Below, piece by piece: positions 60,201-64,000 of a stretch of 64,000 bases of DNA (positions are counted from its first letter, which is position 1; every line of letters starts with the position of its first letter). A model generated the notes under the pieces. The model was not told the DNA's origin. It did no database searches and saw nothing but the letters and a program-made list of their open reading frames with translations. Location: contig CAVUMN010000004.1 of assembly GCA_963742735.1 (NCBI GenBank), positions 608,001-672,000 of the forward strand. Reading direction: 5' to 3'. The translations under genes were made by a program, and so were the position numbers. The DNA is from an uncultured Actinomycetes bacterium. GTDB taxonomy: Bacteria; Actinomycetota; UBA4738; JBBDTT01.

Positions 60201-61037
60201 CTAGGCCAGCGCCGGGGCGATCTCCCGGCCGAACGCCGCGACCGCGTCCAGGTCTCGGTGCTCCAGATGCTGGAGGTACGCGCGGGTCGCCCCGGCGTCG
60301 CGATACCGGCCCAGCCGGTCGATCAGCTCCTGCCCCCGCTCGGGGACGCGCCCCATCCAGGTCAGGCGGACCTCCGACGGCCTCCGACGGTGGCGCTCGC
60401 AGGCCTCGGCCAGCATCGGCCCGACCGGCGCGAGCTCCTCGGGTTCCACGCCCAAGACGTTCAGCTCGTCCCCCCACCGCGCCGCGAGGTCGGCGGCGCG
60501 CTTGCCGCCCCGGCTGCCCACGAGCAGGGGCGGGTGCGGCGACTGCGCGGGCTTGTGCAACCCGGGGGAATCCTCGAGCCGGTAGTGCTCGCCCTCGTGG
60601 GTGAAGGTGTCCTGCGTCCAGGTCTCGTGGACGATCCGCAGCTGCTCGGCGAGCATCGCCATGCGGTCCCCGAGCGGGGGGAACGGGAAGCCGTAGGTCC
60701 GGTGCTCCTCCTCGTTCCAGCCGGCGCCCATACCGAGCTCCACCCGCCCGCCGCTGACGTGGTCGGCGGTGACGACGGTCTTCGCCAGGTGCGACGGGTG
60801 GCGAAAGGTCACCGGCGAGACCAGCGTGCCGAGCCGGATCCGCTCGGTCCGCGCCCCGAGCGCGGACACGACCGTCCACGCGTCGAACGATCCCTGCTTC
60901 GGTCCGCGGTGGAACGAGAGGTAGTGGTCGGAGGTGAACAGGCCCGTCAGGCCGTTCTCCTCGCAGGCGCCGGCAAGCGCGAGCCAGTCGTCCCAGGTCA
61001 CGCCCTCCTGGCCCTCGATCATCAGACAGATCTCCAT
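60201..61037 (-). CDS. LLM-class, probably F420-dependent, oxidoreductase
   Basis: MIEGQEG, SDHY, LGTLVSPVTFRHP, SGGRVELGMGAGW.EEH. Confidence 0.88.
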   Translation of the reverse strand: MEICLMIEGQEGVTWDDWLALAGACEENGLTGLFTSDHYLSFHRGPKQGSFDAWTVVSALGARTERIRLGTLVSPVTFRHPSHLAKTVVTADHVSGGRVELGMGAGWNEEEHRTYGFPFPPLGDRMAMLAEQLRIVHETWTQDTFTHEGEHYRLEDSPGLHKPAQSPHPPLLVGSRGGKRAADLAARWGDELNVLGVEPEELAPVGPMLAEACERHRRRPSEVRLTWMGRVPERGQELIDRLGRYRDAGATRAYLQHLEHRDLDAVAAFGREIAPALA

Positions 61038-61073
61038 GGGGATAGATTGTCCTCCCCACCTATGGAGGTGCGC

Positions 61074-61553
61074 ATGCCGGTCTGGCCGAGCGAGGAGTGG
61101 AACGCCGAGTACGTCAAGCTCATCAACGCCTCGAAGGAGTACCAGGAGGCCGCCCACGACTGGGAGGGTTCGGTCGTGTACGGGATCGAGGCCGACCCCG
61201 AGAAGGGCCTGGCCGAGAACGTCTACGCCTTCTACGACCTGTGGCACGGCCAGTGCCGCGAGGGCAAGCAGGTCACGGCGGAGGAGGCCGCGCAGGCCGA
61301 CTTCGTGATCACCGCGCCGTACGCGATCTGGAAGCAGATCTCGACGAAGGAGCTCGACCCGGTGAAGGCCCTCATGCAGGGCCGGCTGAAGATGAAGGGC
61401 GACCTGGCGAAGGCCATGAAGTACACCAAGGCCACGATCGTCCTCAACGACCTGGCCACCCAGGTCGCCGACACCGAGTACCTGGACGAGCTCCCGAAGG
61501 AACGCCTCCAGGAGCTCAAGGACCAGGGCCAGCCCGTCGCCGTCCCCGACTAG
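61074..61553 (+). CDS. SCP2 sterol-binding domain protein
   Basis: GGAGG SD; PSEEW, LDPVKALMQGRLKMKGDL. Confidence 0.85.
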   Translation: MPVWPSEEWNAEYVKLINASKEYQEAAHDWEGSVVYGIEADPEKGLAENVYAFYDLWHGQCREGKQVTAEEAAQADFVITAPYAIWKQISTKELDPVKALMQGRLKMKGDLAKAMKYTKATIVLNDLATQVADTEYLDELPKERLQELKDQGQPVAVPD

Positions 61554-61556
61554 GCC

Positions 61557-62543
61557 GTGGCGGGAGCGGGGAAGCTGACGGTCGCGGTCACCGGGCCGAC
61601 GGGCGACATCGGCAAGGCCGCGGTCCGCGCGCTGGAACGCTCCCGCGAGGTCGGTGAGATCCGGGGCATGGCCCGCCGGCCGTTCTCGGCCGCCGCCGAG
61701 GGGTGGAAGAAGACCGAGTACGTGCAGGGCGACGTCCTGGACGCGAAGGCCGTGGCCCGTCTGGTGAAGGGGGCGGACGTCGTGGTCCACCTCGCTTTCA
61801 TCATCATGGGCTCGGACGAGGAGAGCCGCCGGATCAACCTCCGCGGCACCCGCAACGTCTTCAAGGCCGCGGTCGCCGCCGGGGCCAAGCGGATCGTGTA
61901 CACCTCCTCGGTCGCGGCGTACGGCTTCCGCGACGACCACCCCCCCTCGCTCACCGAGGACCAGCCGGCCCGGGGGAGCGACCACCCGTACTCCGCGCAG
62001 AAGCACGAGCTGGAGGCCGTGGTCGAGAAGCTGACGGCCGGCACCAAGACCAAGGCCTACGTGTTCCGACCGTGCGTCGTCGCCGGGCCGACCGCGCTGG
62101 CGATGGTCGAGGAGGTCCCGGCCGCGATCCGCAAGCTCTCCAGGATCCGCGGGATCCAGCCGGTGGTCCCGGACCCGGGAGTCCCGCTGCAGATCGTGCA
62201 CGAGGACGACGTCGCCACCGCGATCCGGGCGGCCGTTCTCGGACGCGGCGAGCCCGGCGTCTACAACCTGGCCGGCGAGGGAACCGTCTCGCTCTCGGAG
62301 GTGGCCCGGGCCTACGGGTGGCGCTCGGTCGGCGTGCCGAGGGCAACCCTCAAGGTCGCCGCCGACGTGGTGGCCGCCCTCCCGTTCCTGCCCTCCAAGA
62401 CGCGATGGGTCGAGGCGCTTCGCTCACCGATGCTGATGGACACATCGAAGGCGAAGCGGGAGCTGCGGTGGCGGCCGAAGCACGACGCCCGCTCCACGCT
62501 GCACCAGACGGTGGCCGCGGCGCGGGAGCGGGGCCTGCTCTAG
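61557..62543 (+). CDS. NAD-dependent epimerase/dehydratase (extended SDR)
   Basis: VTGPTGDIG, VVHLA, YTSSVAAYG, YSAQK. Confidence 0.9.
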   Translation: MAGAGKLTVAVTGPTGDIGKAAVRALERSREVGEIRGMARRPFSAAAEGWKKTEYVQGDVLDAKAVARLVKGADVVVHLAFIIMGSDEESRRINLRGTRNVFKAAVAAGAKRIVYTSSVAAYGFRDDHPPSLTEDQPARGSDHPYSAQKHELEAVVEKLTAGTKTKAYVFRPCVVAGPTALAMVEEVPAAIRKLSRIRGIQPVVPDPGVPLQIVHEDDVATAIRAAVLGRGEPGVYNLAGEGTVSLSEVARAYGWRSVGVPRATLKVAADVVAALPFLPSKTRWVEALRSPMLMDTSKAKRELRWRPKHDARSTLHQTVAAARERGLL

Positions 62544-64000
62544 CTCGTCTCGGGCGCCGGGTAGGCGCGGACGCCGGCGAGCCAGGTCTCTCGTACGACC
62601 GTGCCGTCGGCGAACGGGTCCCCGGAGAGCACGGCCAGGTCGGCCCGGTAGCCGGGAAGGATCGCTCCCGCCTGTTCGATCCCCAGCACCCGCGCGCCGG
62701 CGAGGGTCTGCGCGCCGAGAGCCTCGGAGGGGCTGAGCGCCTGATCCGCCGCCAAGAGGTTGCCGCCTTCGGTCATGCGGGTGACGGCGACGGGCATCGT
62801 TCGCAGGGGCGGCGCGGACGCCGTGGGCGCGTCGCTCGACAGGGCGAACGCGACCCCCGCGTCGGTGAAGCGGCGAAGCGGGACCGGCGGAAGGGCGTCC
62901 GCGACGCCCATCGAGTGGATCACCTCGCCGTACTCCGAGAGGTGAGCGGGCTGGACGACGGCGGTGATCCCCAGCCCGGCCATCCGGTCCGCCTCGCGCG
63001 GATCGGTGAACATGGCGTGCTCGATCCGAGCTCCCTCCGCGCCGGCCGCCTCGATCGCGTCGACCGCGTAGCGGACGCCCTCGTTGCCGATGGCATGGAT
63101 CGCCACGCCGAATCCTCGACGGACGGCCTCGCGAGCCATCGCATCCAGGCGGTCGGGCTCGTAGTGTGCCAGCCCGATGCGGATCGCTCCGGGGGCCGGC
63201 CGCGGCCGCAGGAGCCGAAGCTCGTCGAGCGGGCTGCTTCCCCCGCCGGCCCCGGCGCGGCTGCGGACCATCCGCCCGGCCACGGGGTAGGGGATCCGCA
63301 TACAGCCCCGCTCCGCGCCGTCGGCGAAAAGCTTGACGGGACCCACCGTGACCCGGCCCATGACCTCTCCGGTGACGGGGCCGGCGAGGGCGTCCCGGGG
63401 GGTGGCGAACAGACCGCCCCGGCCGACGGGGAGCGCGACGATGTCGATCGGCAGGTCCGCCTTCACCAGCAGCGTGAGCTCCTGGGGGGTCGCGCCGGTC
63501 TCTCCGATGGCGACGACCCCTTCCGAGAGCAGGAGCCGGGTGTAGTCGCGGGCCCGCTCCGCCCATCCCACGCCGAGCGCCTCGAGCTCGACGCGCTTCG
63601 CCGCGATCTCCAGCACGCCGAACGCCCGCTCCCAGGCCCGGCCGTTCGGCTCGCCGCGAAGGTCGCGCTCGAGCTCGCCGCCGGGCCATCGGGGGGTGCC
63701 TCGTCCGAAGCCCACCGCGGCCAGGGCGGCCGAGTTGGCGGCCCCGGAATGCATCGAGCGGTGACACATCAGGACCGGACGGTCGATGCTCACCCGGTCG
63801 AGGTCGGCGCGGCCGATCCGAGTCCCCCGCCCCATGAACGCCTCCCGGTAGCCGAACCCCACGATCCACCGGCCCGGAGGGGTCGCGCTCGCCCCTCGCC
63901 GGAGCCGGGTGATGACCTCGGCCGTGGACCGCGCATGGGTCAGGTCGACCCAACCCGGATGCATGAGCGCGTGCGAGAAGTGGTGGTGCGGGTCGACGAA
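62540..64000 (-). CDS. Amidohydrolase, YtcJ-like (5' end outside window)
   Basis: FVDPHHH at the window edge, KLFADG, IHAIGN, RIEHA, SSDAP, GYRADLAVL. Confidence 0.88.
   Translation of the reverse strand, partial: FVDPHHHFSHALMHPGWVDLTHARSTAEVITRLRRGASATPPGRWIVGFGYREAFMGRGTRIGRADLDRVSIDRPVLMCHRSMHSGAANSAALAAVGFGRGTPRWPGGELERDLRGEPNGRAWERAFGVLEIAAKRVELEALGVGWAERARDYTRLLLSEGVVAIGETGATPQELTLLVKADLPIDIVALPVGRGGLFATPRDALAGPVTGEVMGRVTVGPVKLFADGAERGCMRIPYPVAGRMVRSRAGAGGGSSPLDELRLLRPRPAPGAIRIGLAHYEPDRLDAMAREAVRRGFGVAIHAIGNEGVRYAVDAIEAAGAEGARIEHAMFTDPREADRMAGLGITAVVQPAHLSEYGEVIHSMGVADALPPVPLRRFTDAGVAFALSSDAPTASAPPLRTMPVAVTRMTEGGNLLAADQALSPSEALGAQTLAGARVLGIEQAGAILPGYRADLAVLSGDPFADGTVVRETWLAGVRAYPAPETS

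Noticed and set aside
48059-60204. Long alternative-frame and antisense ORFs (1466, 977, 1322, 925 aa) over the cyclase array
   Set aside because: Arg/Pro/Gly-rich shadows; only the last 390 aa of the 1322-aa ORF (from ATG 55767) is a real gene.
1-64000. Prophage, IS or integrative element
   Set aside because: No transposase, integrase, phage structural genes or terminal repeats were recognised.

Overview
This is a gene-dense, very GC-rich actinobacterial-type chromosomal segment with about 53 CDS, many ATGA/GTGA-coupled genes and apparently leaderless genes. I found no rRNA, tRNA, CRISPR array, transposase or integrase. Contents include an IniA/IniC-like dynamin pair, dispersed DNA-repair genes (uvrD2, ligC, lhr, two Fpg/Nei, mutY), greA, a TetR/diiron oxygenase pair, a kinase/receiver pair, an orphan mreB, a DUF983-Rieske-reductase-gnd-zwf operon, secreted enzymes, an ECF sigma pair and tryptophanase. 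Single-base indels break several genes (heavily at about 19.7-25 kb) and look like read errors. The standout is 49235-60196: four translationally coupled paralogs of class III nucleotide cyclase + STAND P-loop ATPase + TPR-like sensor (NLR-like architecture). Three are full length with divergent sensor regions. The third is a sensor-less copy in which all six canonical cyclase catalytic residues and the Walker B are substituted while frame and coupling are kept. This suggests a receptor array with a built-in pseudo-enzyme regulator. A fifth, zinc-ribbon-type cyclase-STAND lies at about 21.5-25.1 kb. All calls come from motif recognition only; no database searches were run.
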